Counted from the stretch's first letter, positions 1 to 9,094 are shown. The stretch is 64,000 nucleotides of DNA from Acidimicrobiia bacterium (GCA_022821685.1 JAJEDD010000018.1:62655-126654), one strand, 5' to 3'. Translations and numbers: made by a program. The notes: generated from the letters alone by a model not told the origin.

Positions 1-92
1 CGCTGGTGGTGGTCATCGGCTTCGTGCTGGCCGCGCTGGTGGGTCTGCTGGTGGTGGTGGCCGGCTTCCTGCTCGAACAGGCCATCTCCTAG
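1..92 (+). CDS. 3' end of an upstream membrane-protein gene (partial, continues off the window)
   Basis: Frame 3 reads ...LVVVIGFVLAALVGLLVVVAGFLLEQAIS then TAG at 90-92. The tail is hydrophobic and TM-like. The stop abuts GTG 93 of the next ORF. Confidence 0.3.
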   Translation, partial: LVVVIGFVLAALVGLLVVVAGFLLEQAIS

Positions 93-710
93 GTGACCTT
101 AGCGGGGGCCATCGGGCGGCGGCGGAAGGCGGCCGAGGCCGGTCACATCGGCGATGCCGCCGGGGCCCGGTCGTATCTCGGCGACGGCGATGCGATGGTG
201 CGGTCCAGCGCGCTGCGGGCGCTGGAGAGGATCGGAGATCTGGCCGCTCCAGAACTTGAGGCGGCGCTCGCCGATCCCGCGCCCGAAGTTCGATTGACCG
301 GACTAGAACTCGCCGCGGGCCGCGACGACATCTCGGTGGCCGCGGCCGCCCTCCGGCTGGTCGACGACGACCGCCGGGTGGTGGAAGCGGCCGCCTGGAC
401 ATGCGGCGAGAAGGTCTCAGCCGACCACACCGAAGCAGCCGCAGTGGTCGAGGCGCTGGTGCAGGTGGCCGGAGCCCACGATGATCCGCTGTGCCGCGAG
501 TCGGCCATCGCGGCTCTTGGCGCCATAGCCCATCCCGCCGGGCTGCCCGCGGTCCTGACCGGGCTCAACGACAAGCCCGAAGTCCGCCGCCGGGCCGTGA
601 TCGCGCTCGCTCCCTTCGACGGGCCCGAAGTCGACGCCGCGCTGGCCAAGGCGTCCAGCGACCGCGACCGGCAGGTCCGCACCGCCGCAGCCGAACTGCG
701 AGCGGTGTAG
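93..710 (+). CDS. HEAT-repeat protein
   Basis: Repeated helical units of about 30 aa with the pattern D..VR..A..AL (VRSSALRALERIGD, VRLTGLELAA, VVEAAAWTCGE, CRESAIAALGAI, VRRRAVIALAPF, VRTAAAEL). GC3-rich coding frame. Confidence 0.6.
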   Translation: MTLAGAIGRRRKAAEAGHIGDAAGARSYLGDGDAMVRSSALRALERIGDLAAPELEAALADPAPEVRLTGLELAAGRDDISVAAAALRLVDDDRRVVEAAAWTCGEKVSADHTEAAAVVEALVQVAGAHDDPLCRESAIAALGAIAHPAGLPAVLTGLNDKPEVRRRAVIALAPFDGPEVDAALAKASSDRDRQVRTAAAELRAV

Positions 711-742
711 GCGACCAGGTTCGAGCTACTCGATGTGGGCAG

Positions 743-1747
743 CTATTCGAAGTCGTCGCTGAAGATCGAGAAGTCCATCCCGAGTTGCTCGAGGCATCGG
801 CCCGCGCCTCGCACCACCGTCTCCAGCGGGGCGTCAACCCGCCGCACCCGCAGCGACATCTCACGCGACAGGCGGATGTCCATCCCCCTGAGCAGGCCTC
901 CCCCGCCGACGAGGTAGGCGCCTCGAGCGATCAGGTCCTGGGCCAGCTCCGGGGGGGACTGCGACAGGCAGCTCAGCACCGAGTCGACCATGGCGGTGAC
1001 CGGCTCCTCGATGGCTCGGCGGATCTCGTCGGGGGTCACCACCGTGGTTTTGGGCATTCCCGACATCAGTTCCCGGCCCCGGATCTCGGCCGCGGTCTCG
1101 TTGCGGGTCGGCGACGCCGATCCGACCACGATCTTGGTGTGCTCCGCGGTGGGCTCGCCCACGGCCATGCCGTACTCGCGCCGCATGTGGGCCTGAATGG
1201 AGTCGTCGATGTCGAAGGATCCCACCCTCACCGCCTCCAGGGCCACGATCCCGCCCAGGCTGAGGAGGGCGGTCTGGGTGGTGCCGCCCCCGATGTCGAT
1301 CACCATCGACCCGACCGGCTCATCGATGGGCAGCCCCGCGCCGATGGCGGCGGCCACCGGCTGGTCGATCAGCCTCACCTCGATGGCGCCGGCCCGGCGG
1401 GCGGCCTCCATCACCGCCCGGCGCTCCACCGGGGTGATCGCGGAGGGCACGCACACCACCACTCGGGCTCGGTTGACCCTGCTCACCCCCACCTGTCGAA
1501 GCAGGATCCGGATCATGTCCTGGGTGATCTCGAAGTCGGTGATGGCGCCCTTGCGCAGCGGCCGGCGGGCCACGATGTAGCCGGGCGTCCGGCCCAGCAT
1601 CCGGCGGGCCTTGTGCCCCACCGCCAGCAGTTCGTTGGTGTTGGTGTTGAGCGCCACCACCGACGGCTCGTTGAGCACCACGCCCCGGCCTCGGGCGTAC
1701 ACCAGCGTGTTGGCTGTGCCCAGGTCGATGGCCAGGTCGCGGGGCAC
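743..1747 (-). CDS. mreB: Rod-shape-determining actin homologue MreB
   Basis: AIDLGTANTLVY phosphate-1 motif, MVIDIGGGTTQ phosphate-2 motif, GAYLVGGGGLLRG. 334 aa with a GTG start. Confidence 0.9.
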   Translation of the reverse strand: MPRDLAIDLGTANTLVYARGRGVVLNEPSVVALNTNTNELLAVGHKARRMLGRTPGYIVARRPLRKGAITDFEITQDMIRILLRQVGVSRVNRARVVVCVPSAITPVERRAVMEAARRAGAIEVRLIDQPVAAAIGAGLPIDEPVGSMVIDIGGGTTQTALLSLGGIVALEAVRVGSFDIDDSIQAHMRREYGMAVGEPTAEHTKIVVGSASPTRNETAAEIRGRELMSGMPKTTVVTPDEIRRAIEEPVTAMVDSVLSCLSQSPPELAQDLIARGAYLVGGGGLLRGMDIRLSREMSLRVRRVDAPLETVVRGAGRCLEQLGMDFSIFSDDFE

Positions 1748-1750
1748 CGC

Positions 1751-1993
1751 TCAGCGCTCCGAAACGACGGGCGCGTCCTCGACGGCGGCCTCGCCGTTGT
1801 CGGACCTCATGGGGTCGAGCCTGGAGATCCCGCTGGCGGGGCCGGACCGCCTGGGGGCGCCCGACACCGCCTCGAGTTGGCGCAGGTACGGGGCGGGCCG
1901 CCGCCAGGTGATCTTGCGGGCCACCCACAGCAGCATCGAGACGACCGTGGCCAGACCCAGCGATCCCACCACCAACAGCACCGAACCCCTCAT
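1751..1993 (-). CDS. Small membrane protein, unknown function
   Basis: 80 aa with one N-terminal TM helix (VLLVVGSLGLATVVSMLLWV). Its ATG overlaps the moaE stop by 1 nt and its stop lies 3 nt before the mreB GTG, so it looks translationally coupled. Confidence 0.35.
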   Translation of the reverse strand: MRGSVLLVVGSLGLATVVSMLLWVARKITWRRPAPYLRQLEAVSGAPRRSGPASGISRLDPMRSDNGEAAVEDAPVVSER

Positions 1994-2586
1994 CAGGCGA
2001 CCTCTGCCACAGCCGGCCTGCCGGTCTCGTCAACGTCTACCACGGACGGCCCACTGCTCTCGACCTCAGTCACAGCCGGAGCGCTGGTCTCGTCGCCCCC
2101 AGCCACTGCCGGCCCACTCGTCTCGTCGGCCTCGACGATGTGTTGGGCCTCCAAGCCCCAGCTCTCGCCGCCCGCCCAGCGCTCCCGCTTCCAGATCGGA
2201 ACGGCGGCCTTGAGGGTGTCGATGGCGAAGCGGGCGGCCTCGAAGGCTGCGTCGCGGTGCGGAGACGACACGGCCACCACCACTGCGGGCTCGCCCACGG
2301 CCACCGGCCCCACCCGGTGCAGCATGGCGATGCGCCCGAGGTCGTCCCAGCGGCCCCGCATCTGCGCGGCGATGGCGGCCAAGCGGGGCTCGACCGCCTC
2401 CTCGTACGCCTCGTACTCGAGGAGGTCCACTCCGGGCCGGTCAGTGGAGTGGTCGCGGGCCGTGCCGCTGAACTGCACCACCGCACCGCAATGGGTCCGC
2501 ACCACCCACTGCGCCACCTCAGCCGACGGCAACGGATCGGGTGACAGGCCGAGCCAGGTGTCGCCGGGGTCAGGGGGTGCCAGCAC
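1993..2586 (-). CDS. moaE: Molybdopterin synthase catalytic subunit MoaE with a repetitive C-terminal tail of about 45 aa
   Basis: GAVVQFSGTARD, LEYEAYEEAVEP, HRVGPVAVGEPAVVVAVSSPHR and VPIWKRE are all typical of MoaE. The tail carries DETSGPAV/DETSAPAV/DETGRPAV repeats. Confidence 0.85.
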   Translation of the reverse strand: MLAPPDPGDTWLGLSPDPLPSAEVAQWVVRTHCGAVVQFSGTARDHSTDRPGVDLLEYEAYEEAVEPRLAAIAAQMRGRWDDLGRIAMLHRVGPVAVGEPAVVVAVSSPHRDAAFEAARFAIDTLKAAVPIWKRERWAGGESWGLEAQHIVEADETSGPAVAGGDETSAPAVTEVESSGPSVVDVDETGRPAVAEVA

Positions 2587-2643
2587 TGCGAGACATCGTA
2601 GTGGTGAAGCCGGATATCGGGTGCGGTCAGAAATTCGGTGGTG

Positions 2644-3720
2644 TCAGGTGCGGTTGGTGCGGCGGCGCCGGTGGAGGGCTCGGGCTGCGAGGCCGGCCCC
2701 GACGAGGATCCCGGCCAATAGCACGGCGGCGGCGGCGAGCAGCAGTTCCTGGCGGCGGCGGGCCGGGAGCGACTCGAGGGGGTGGGGCTCGTGCGACACC
2801 ACCCACGCCTCCTCGTTGCTGTGGGCGGCGCGCCAGCCCAGGGCCCGCAGCCGGTCGTTGGCCACCACCCACGGGTGGGTCGTGTAGGGCACCACTCCCG
2901 GCGGGGTCGGCGCCAGGCCGGAGCGCCAGCGCAGCGCGCTCAGCATCCTCACCAGGTGCGACGGCGCCCGCAGCCGGGGACGGGGACCCTCGAGCTCGGC
3001 CAGGGTGCCACCAGAGATCCAGCCGTCGGGCGCGACGTTGAGGATCCCGTCGTGGCTGACGCCGACCGCGGCAACCACCGCCGCGGCCAGATCGTCGGCG
3101 TGCAGGTACTGCACCGGCGGATCGCCGTCGGCCGCCACCCCCGACCGGGCGGCCCGCAGCGTGTTGGCCAGCTGGCCGAGACGGTCCTCGGCCACCACGG
3201 CACAGGGGCGCAGAATGGTGACAGCCCGGCCCGGCGCCAGGCCCCACTGCTGGGCCAGCTTCTCCAGCCGGTGCCGCTGCAGGGCCCAGTCGAAGTCGGG
3301 ATTGGGCCGCACCGGGGCATCCTCGGTGATGGGCACGGGGTTGTCGCGCCGGGCGCCGTACACCATCGCGGACGACATCACCACCAGGTGACCGACCGCG
3401 GCGGAGTCGAGTCCGTCGAGCACCCGGTGCAGCAGGGCGGCCTCCAGTTCGATCTCGGCCGGATTGAGGGTGCCCGCCGTCACCGTCGAGGCCAGATGCA
3501 CCACCGAGTCGGCGCCGGAGAACAACGCCCCCAGGTCGGCGTCGGCCAGGTCGGCCTGCTTGTTGGTGACCGAGGGATAAGGGGCGTGGGCGGCCGCCCT
3601 GTCGATGGCGACCACCGTCGCCGCCGGACGCTGCTGGGCCAGCAAAGCCACCACTCGACGTCCCACCGACCCGTGGGCGCCGGTCACCACTATCCGGGTC
3701 ACGGCCGGGGTGGAGTCCAC
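2644..3720 (-). CDS. NAD-dependent epimerase/dehydratase family (extended SDR) protein with a C-terminal TM anchor
   Basis: N-terminal Rossmann motif VVTGAHGSVGRRVV, a YGARR region, and a C-terminal hydrophobic helix LLLAAAAVLLAGILVGAGLAA. Confidence 0.7.
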   Translation of the reverse strand: MDSTPAVTRIVVTGAHGSVGRRVVALLAQQRPAATVVAIDRAAAHAPYPSVTNKQADLADADLGALFSGADSVVHLASTVTAGTLNPAEIELEAALLHRVLDGLDSAAVGHLVVMSSAMVYGARRDNPVPITEDAPVRPNPDFDWALQRHRLEKLAQQWGLAPGRAVTILRPCAVVAEDRLGQLANTLRAARSGVAADGDPPVQYLHADDLAAAVVAAVGVSHDGILNVAPDGWISGGTLAELEGPRPRLRAPSHLVRMLSALRWRSGLAPTPPGVVPYTTHPWVVANDRLRALGWRAAHSNEEAWVVSHEPHPLESLPARRRQELLLAAAAVLLAGILVGAGLAARALHRRRRTNRT

Positions 3721-3751
3721 AATCGCGGCTGCATTCCCTTACCATGCCCCC

Positions 3752-5251
3752 ATGAGCGGCGATCCGCCAACCAAGGGCGGACCCGACGATCCTCACGACG
3801 CCGATCATGCCGTCGAGCGACGAGCATCTGCTGTCCCGCCAACCAAGGGCGGACCCGACGATCCTCGAGACGGCCTCGACGACTTCGACGCATCGCAGGA
3901 CCCAAGTGGCCTGGATGATTCCGAAGGCATGGCGGGCCCAGAGGGTCCGGACGACTTGAAGGACCCCGAGAGACTTGAAGGCTTGAGTCTTGAAGGCCTA
4001 GAGGGACTCGAAGGACTGGCAGGACTCGGCGCCCCCGAGGGCCTGAGCGGCCTGGACGAGCCGGGCGACGAATCCGGGCCGGGCGGGTTGGGCGATCTGG
4101 GGGGGATCCCGGTGATCGGCGACCTGATGCGGATGCTGCAGGGGGCGGCACCCGGCGCCGGTCACGCCCGCGAGGTGGGCCGGGCCATCGCCAGCGGCGG
4201 TGTGTCGGAGCCCAACATCGATCCCGCGGCGCGCATGGCCGTAGAGCAGCTCGTGCGGGTGGCCGAGTTGCGGGTGGCCGACGCCACCGGCCTCCAGCCG
4301 TCGCCGGGGACGGCGCTGCGGGTGGAGGTCGTGAACCGGGTCGGCTGGTCGGACCGCACCGTCGGCGACTACGACGAGCTGTTCAGCGCGCTCAACCAGT
4401 CGATGGCGGCCTCCATGACGCCGGACCCCGACGACGGGCCCGGCGACCCGATGGCGGCCATGATGGCCGGCCTCACCAAGATGATCGGCCCCACCATGCT
4501 GGCCCTCACCACTGGCGCCATGGTAGGCCGTATGGCCCAGTACGCCCTCGGCGGCTACGTGCTGCCGGTGCCCCGACCGGCCGGCAAGCCCATGCTGATC
4601 ACGCTGCCCAACGTCGACGAGTTCGGCCGACAGTGGTCGCTGGATCCCGACGATCTCCGCCTGTGGGTGTGCCTGCATGAGGCCGTCTACTGCGCCGTGT
4701 TCGGGGTGCATCATGTTCGCGGGGCGGTGAGCGACCTGCTGCTGCGCCATGCTTCCGGTTTCGAGACCAATCCCCGGCGCCTTGAGGAGTTGCTGGGAGA
4801 CTTCGACCCGATCGCGGGCGGTCCCGAGGCGTTCGCCGCGCTCCAGTCGGAGCTGGGCAGCCCCGAAGCCCTGCTGGGAGCGGTGCGCTCGCCGGCCCAA
4901 GAGGCTCTGCTGCCCCAGCTGACCGCGCTGATGGCGGTCATCACCGGCTACGTCGACCACACCATGGACCGCATCGGGGCCGACCTGATCGGCTCTTACA
5001 GCCGTCTGTCGGAGGCACTGCGGCGCCACCGGGTGGAGGCCAGCGAGTCGGACCGCTTCGTGGAGCGGCTCCTCGGCCTGGAACTCGACCAGACCCAGTA
5101 CGAGCGGGGTGCGGCCTTCGCCTCCGGAGTGGTGGAACGGGCCGGCGCCGAGGGACTGCAGCGCCTGTTCAGCCACCCCGACAACCTGCCGACCCCCGCC
5201 GAAGTCGACGCGGCCGGCCTATGGCTGGCCCGCATAGACCTCCCCCACTGA
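3752..5251 (+). CDS. DUF2342-type putative zinc metalloprotease-like protein (HExxH position reads HEAVY)
   Basis: ATG at 3752 chosen because the ORF-track start at 3605 overlaps the convergent gene. Overall similarity to the actinobacterial 'zinc-dependent metalloprotease' family (LWVCLHEAVYCAVFG..., PNVDEFGRQW, DRFVERLLGLE). The N-terminus is low-complexity and repetitive. Confidence 0.6.
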   Translation: MSGDPPTKGGPDDPHDADHAVERRASAVPPTKGGPDDPRDGLDDFDASQDPSGLDDSEGMAGPEGPDDLKDPERLEGLSLEGLEGLEGLAGLGAPEGLSGLDEPGDESGPGGLGDLGGIPVIGDLMRMLQGAAPGAGHAREVGRAIASGGVSEPNIDPAARMAVEQLVRVAELRVADATGLQPSPGTALRVEVVNRVGWSDRTVGDYDELFSALNQSMAASMTPDPDDGPGDPMAAMMAGLTKMIGPTMLALTTGAMVGRMAQYALGGYVLPVPRPAGKPMLITLPNVDEFGRQWSLDPDDLRLWVCLHEAVYCAVFGVHHVRGAVSDLLLRHASGFETNPRRLEELLGDFDPIAGGPEAFAALQSELGSPEALLGAVRSPAQEALLPQLTALMAVITGYVDHTMDRIGADLIGSYSRLSEALRRHRVEASESDRFVERLLGLELDQTQYERGAAFASGVVERAGAEGLQRLFSHPDNLPTPAEVDAAGLWLARIDLPH

Positions 5252-5262
5252 GGCTGAGCCCT

Positions 5263-5359
5263 CCCGGCCGGCGGGTCCTGTCGCCGAGGCCGTCCGACCG
5301 ACGGGGCTTCGCCCCATTGTGGGTCGCCCGTTCCTCGCCGCCGCCCCCCGGCCTACCCG
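5263..5359 (+). repeat. 97-bp palindrome-containing intergenic repeat, copy 1
   Basis: cccggccggcgggtcctgtcgccgaggccgtccgaccgacggggcttcgccccattgtgggtcgcc...ccccggcctacc. Matches the reverse complement of 6774-6870 at nearly every position. Contains the hairpin ggggc-ttc-gcccc. Confidence 0.85.
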
Positions 5360-5376
5360 GTTGCGCTTCTTCTGAA

Positions 5377-6741
5377 CTAGGCGGTGGCGGTGCGGCGTCG
5401 GCTGATTATGAACGAGACGAGGGCGAAGGCTGCCACCAGCGCCACTAGCACCGACCCCAGACGGGCGGGTATGGGCACCACGACCGGGACGACGGCACCG
5501 GCCACCCAGGCGATCTGGAAGCGGGCCTCGAAGCGGGAGAACGACCTGCCGTGGTTGGCGTCGGGAGCGTCCCGCTGGACCAGCGAGTCGAAGGCGAGCT
5601 TGCCCGTAGCGGCTGAGATGGCCACCCCGGCCGCCAGGAAGGTCAAGCCCATCAGCCCGCCCGATACCGCCGCCAGCACCGCGGTGGACAACACCACGGC
5701 CAATGCTCCCAGCAGGATCAGCTCCTCCACCAGGCTGCGCCTCAGCAAGGGGGCGATCTGCACTCCCGTGAACGCGGCCAGGCCCGCAGCCGCCACCACA
5801 GCCGCGTAGTGCCAGAACGGGGCACTGGGATCGCCGACGATGTCGATGCCGCGCTCGGAGGCCACCGCCCCACCCAGGGCCGCGCCGGCCGCGCTCGCGT
5901 TCAGGCCCTCCTCGCCGCCGCGCAGCTCGAAGGCCAGCATGAAGGTGACGAACCCCACCGCGCCGCGCATGACGGCCATGGCCGATGCCGACAGCAAGAT
6001 GGTGGCCGCTCGCAGCGCCGAGCGCTCGGTCGAGGTGGGCCGACGCTGCGCCACCGGTATCCGGGGCAGCTGAAGTGTGATCCCCGCGGCCACCAGGTAG
6101 CCGACGGTCGCCGCGCCCGCGGCCACGGCCGGGCTTCCCAGGAAGGCCAGGGCCGAGCCGACGCCGGCTCCGACCAGGCTCATCACCGCGCTGATCAGGG
6201 CCAGGCGGCTGTTGGCCTGAACCAGGTTGATCTTCGACGTCACGTAGCGGGGCACCACCGCGCTCTTGGCTACCGCGTAGGACTTCTGCAGCACCAGCAG
6301 GGCGAAGGCCTCGGGGAACAGCCAGAGGGTGTCGAGATGGCGGATCATCAGCAGGGCCACCACCAGCCGGCCCAGGTTGGTGACGAGGATCATGGCCCGC
6401 CGCCCGCCCGGCATCCGGTCGATGACCGGGCCGATCAGCGGCGTGACTACCGCGAACGGCGCCACCGACAGGGCCAGGTAGAGGGCCAGCCGGTCGCGGG
6501 CCGCGTCGGGGCTGATCGAGAAGAAGATCGATCCGGCCAGCGCCACCGCGATCACCGCATCGGTGGCGGTGGCCGCGGCGTGGACTCGGGCCAAGCGCTG
6601 GAACGGGCTGTACGCGGGCACGGACTGGCCCCGATCGCTCACCCCGTCCTGCCCCACCCCCTCAGGGTACGACGCGTGCAGGCGCAGCAGGCCGCATCTC
6701 GGCGAGGTCGCTCCCGCTCTCGTGCCCCCGCATAGAGACAT
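5377..6741 (-). CDS. MFS-type transporter
   Basis: About 12 predicted hydrophobic helices and an MFS-like loop PLIGPVIDRMPGGRR between TM2 and TM3. The true start may lie downstream of 6741. Confidence 0.7.
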   Translation of the reverse strand: MSLCGGTRAGATSPRCGLLRLHASYPEGVGQDGVSDRGQSVPAYSPFQRLARVHAAATATDAVIAVALAGSIFFSISPDAARDRLALYLALSVAPFAVVTPLIGPVIDRMPGGRRAMILVTNLGRLVVALLMIRHLDTLWLFPEAFALLVLQKSYAVAKSAVVPRYVTSKINLVQANSRLALISAVMSLVGAGVGSALAFLGSPAVAAGAATVGYLVAAGITLQLPRIPVAQRRPTSTERSALRAATILLSASAMAVMRGAVGFVTFMLAFELRGGEEGLNASAAGAALGGAVASERGIDIVGDPSAPFWHYAAVVAAAGLAAFTGVQIAPLLRRSLVEELILLGALAVVLSTAVLAAVSGGLMGLTFLAAGVAISAATGKLAFDSLVQRDAPDANHGRSFSRFEARFQIAWVAGAVVPVVVPIPARLGSVLVALVAAFALVSFIISRRRTATA

Positions 6742-6773
6742 CCGCTCGGCCCCGTGAATCAGGGCATCGTGCC

Positions 6774-6870
6774 CCGGTAGGCCGGGGGTGGCGGCGCGGA
6801 ACGGGCGACCGACAATGGGGCGAAGCCCCGTCGGTCGGACGGCCTCGCCGACAGGACCCGCCGGCCGGGG
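6774..6870 (-). repeat. 97-bp palindrome-containing intergenic repeat, copy 2 (inverted relative to copy 1)
   Basis: Reverse complement reads cccggccggcgggtcctgtcggcgaggccgtccgaccgacggggcttcgccccattgtcggtcgcc...ccccggcctacc. Confidence 0.85.
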
Positions 6871-6874
6871 GCGC

Positions 6875-8944
6875 TTATGTTGTGCGGGCCCGGTTCAAGG
6901 CGAGCTGCTGGAGCCTGACGTGGGTGTCGGTGTCGGCGCCGCGGTCGCAGCGGGTCCACACGCCGTCGGAGTCCAGCGTCCAGGCCAGCCGCTCGTCGGA
7001 AAGGCACACTTCGGCCACCTCCAACACTCGGGCCACCAGCCGGGGATCGTCCACCCGCACGAGCGCCTCCACCCGCCGGTCGAGGTTGCGGGCCAGCAGG
7101 TCCGCCGAGCCGATGTAGGTGGCGGCACGGCCCGGACCGTCACCGTTGGCGAAGTGGTAGATCCGGGAGTGTTCCAGGAACCGGCCCACGATGGAGCGCA
7201 CCCGGATCGTCTCCGACAGGCCCTCCACGCCGGGTCGCAGGCCGCAAAGGCCTCGCACGATCAGGTCGATCTCCACCCCCGCCTGCGACGCCTTGTAGAG
7301 CTGATCGATCATCGGCCCGTCGGCCAGCGAGTTCAGCTTCATGATGATGCGCCCGCCCGGCACGTGCATCTCCTGCTCGATCAGCTCCGAGAGGCGGGGC
7401 CGCAGCTGCTCGGGCGCAGTGATCAGGTGCTCGTGGCACAGGCTGCGGCCATAGCCGGTGAGCTGGTTGAACAGGCTGGCCACGTCGGCGCCGGTGTCCG
7501 GATCGGCGGTGAGCAGGCCGAAGTCCTCGTAGAGGCGGGCGGTGCGGTGGTTGTAGTTGCCGGTGCCGATGTGGCAGTAGCGGCGGATCCCGTCGGGCTC
7601 CTCCCGCACGATCATGGCGATCTTGGCGTGGATCTTCAGGCCGACGAGACCGTAGGCCACATGGGCGCCGGCCCGCTCCAACCGCTTGGCCCAGCTGATG
7701 TTGCGGGCCTCGTCGAAGCGGGCCTTGAGCTCCACCAGGACCGCCACCTGCTTGCCCCGCTCGGCTGCAGCCACCAGAGCGTCGATGATGGGACTGTCGC
7801 CGGAGGTGCGGTACAGCGTGAGCTTGATGGCCAGCACCGCGGGGTCGCGTGCGGCCTGATGGATCAGCTCTCCCACCGAGTGGCTGAACGACGAGTACGG
7901 ATGGTGCACCAGCAAGTCGCCCGAGCGCAGCACTTTGAAGAAGTCAGCGGGGCCGTCCTCGGCGATCAGTTCCGGCTCGGTGATGCCGCCCCAGTGGGGC
8001 CATCTCAGCTCCGGCCGGGGCAGGTCGGCGATCTCGTTCAGTCCGCCCAGGTCGACGGGTCCCCGCACCCGCACCACCGCGTCGGCGGTCAGGTTGAGCT
8101 CGCGCACCAGCAGGTCGAGCACCTCCTGCGACATCGAGTCGGCCACTTCCAGGCGCACGGCCCATTGGAAGCGGCGTCGGCGCAGCTCCATCTCCACCGC
8201 GATCAGCAGGTCGTCGGCATCTTCGTCGTTGAGGGTGAGGTCGGCGTTGCGGGTCACCCGGAAGGCGTGGTGCTCCTGCAGCTCCATGCCGGGAAAAAGC
8301 ATGTCGAGGTGGGCCGCCACCACATCCTCGAGGGCCACGAACCGGCTGGAGTCCTCGCCGGTGCGAACCCAGCGGTCGAGGGTGTCGGGCACCTTGATCC
8401 GGGCGAAGCGCCGCTCGGAGTCGACCGGGTCGCGCATCAGCACGGCCAGGTTGAGAGACAGGTCCGAGATGAACGGGAACGGATGGCCGGGATCGACGGC
8501 CAGCGGGGTGAGCACCGGGAACACTCGCCGCTCGAAGTGTCGGCGGAGGTGGGCGCACTCCTCGGTGCTGATCTGGTCGGGGGTCAGCAGGTGTATGCCC
8601 TCGGCCTCCAGCGCCGGGTTGACCCGGTCCAGGAAGAGGCGCTGCTGCTCACGGCACAGATCCGAGGCGATCCGGCGGACCTCGCGGAGTTGCTCGGCGG
8701 GGGTGTGGCCGTCGATGGTGCGCTCGGTCAGCTCGGCCGCCACCCGGTCGGCGAGCCCCGACACCCGGACCTGGAAGAACTCGTCGAGGTTGGTGGCGAA
8801 GATGCTGAGGTACCGGGCCCGCTCCAGCAGCGGGATGTCGGGGTCGTCGGCGAGGGCCAGGACGCGGGCGTTGAAGGCCAGCCACGAAATCTCCCGGCTG
8901 AAGTAGTCGGTGAGAGGCTTGGACCACCCCCCGACGCAGATCAT
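6875..8944 (-). CDS. ppk: Polyphosphate kinase 1
   Basis: FSREISWLAFNARVLALADD N-terminus, KIHAKIAMIVREE autophosphorylation-His region, and two PLD-like C-terminal domains. Start set to ATG 8944 (MICVGGW...) because upstream ORF-track codons run through a MITE. Confidence 0.9.
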   Translation of the reverse strand: MICVGGWSKPLTDYFSREISWLAFNARVLALADDPDIPLLERARYLSIFATNLDEFFQVRVSGLADRVAAELTERTIDGHTPAEQLREVRRIASDLCREQQRLFLDRVNPALEAEGIHLLTPDQISTEECAHLRRHFERRVFPVLTPLAVDPGHPFPFISDLSLNLAVLMRDPVDSERRFARIKVPDTLDRWVRTGEDSSRFVALEDVVAAHLDMLFPGMELQEHHAFRVTRNADLTLNDEDADDLLIAVEMELRRRRFQWAVRLEVADSMSQEVLDLLVRELNLTADAVVRVRGPVDLGGLNEIADLPRPELRWPHWGGITEPELIAEDGPADFFKVLRSGDLLVHHPYSSFSHSVGELIHQAARDPAVLAIKLTLYRTSGDSPIIDALVAAAERGKQVAVLVELKARFDEARNISWAKRLERAGAHVAYGLVGLKIHAKIAMIVREEPDGIRRYCHIGTGNYNHRTARLYEDFGLLTADPDTGADVASLFNQLTGYGRSLCHEHLITAPEQLRPRLSELIEQEMHVPGGRIIMKLNSLADGPMIDQLYKASQAGVEIDLIVRGLCGLRPGVEGLSETIRVRSIVGRFLEHSRIYHFANGDGPGRAATYIGSADLLARNLDRRVEALVRVDDPRLVARVLEVAEVCLSDERLAWTLDSDGVWTRCDRGADTDTHVRLQQLALNRARTT

Positions 8945-8951
8945 CGTCCCA

Positions 8952-9094
8952 CTAAGAGCGAGCGCAAATAGGTGAGAGTCTGTTGCGCCGCAAGGGTGTC
9001 TTTCCCGCTCTTGTTCGCTGCGCTCACAGGCCGCTCGGGCCACGGCCTCGCCCGTATGGGCCGGAATCGCTCGCCTATTCGCTCGGCCTCTTAG
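8952..9094 (-). mobile_element. MITE-like element, copy a (143 bp, reverse orientation)
   Basis: ctaagagcgagcgcaaataggtgag ... ctcgcctattcgctcggcctcttag. Has 25-bp imperfect TIRs and the family core cccgctcttgttcgctgcgctcac..ggccgctcgggccacggcc. Confidence 0.85.

Noticed and set aside
491-2887. 798-aa ORF on the + strand
   Set aside because: It is antisense to mreB, the small ORF and moaE. The translation is Arg/Gly/Pro/His-rich with no motifs, which is the typical shadow ORF of a high-GC genome.
6788-8971. 727-aa ORF on the + strand
   Set aside because: It is antisense to ppk1 and has no motifs. It is a shadow ORF.
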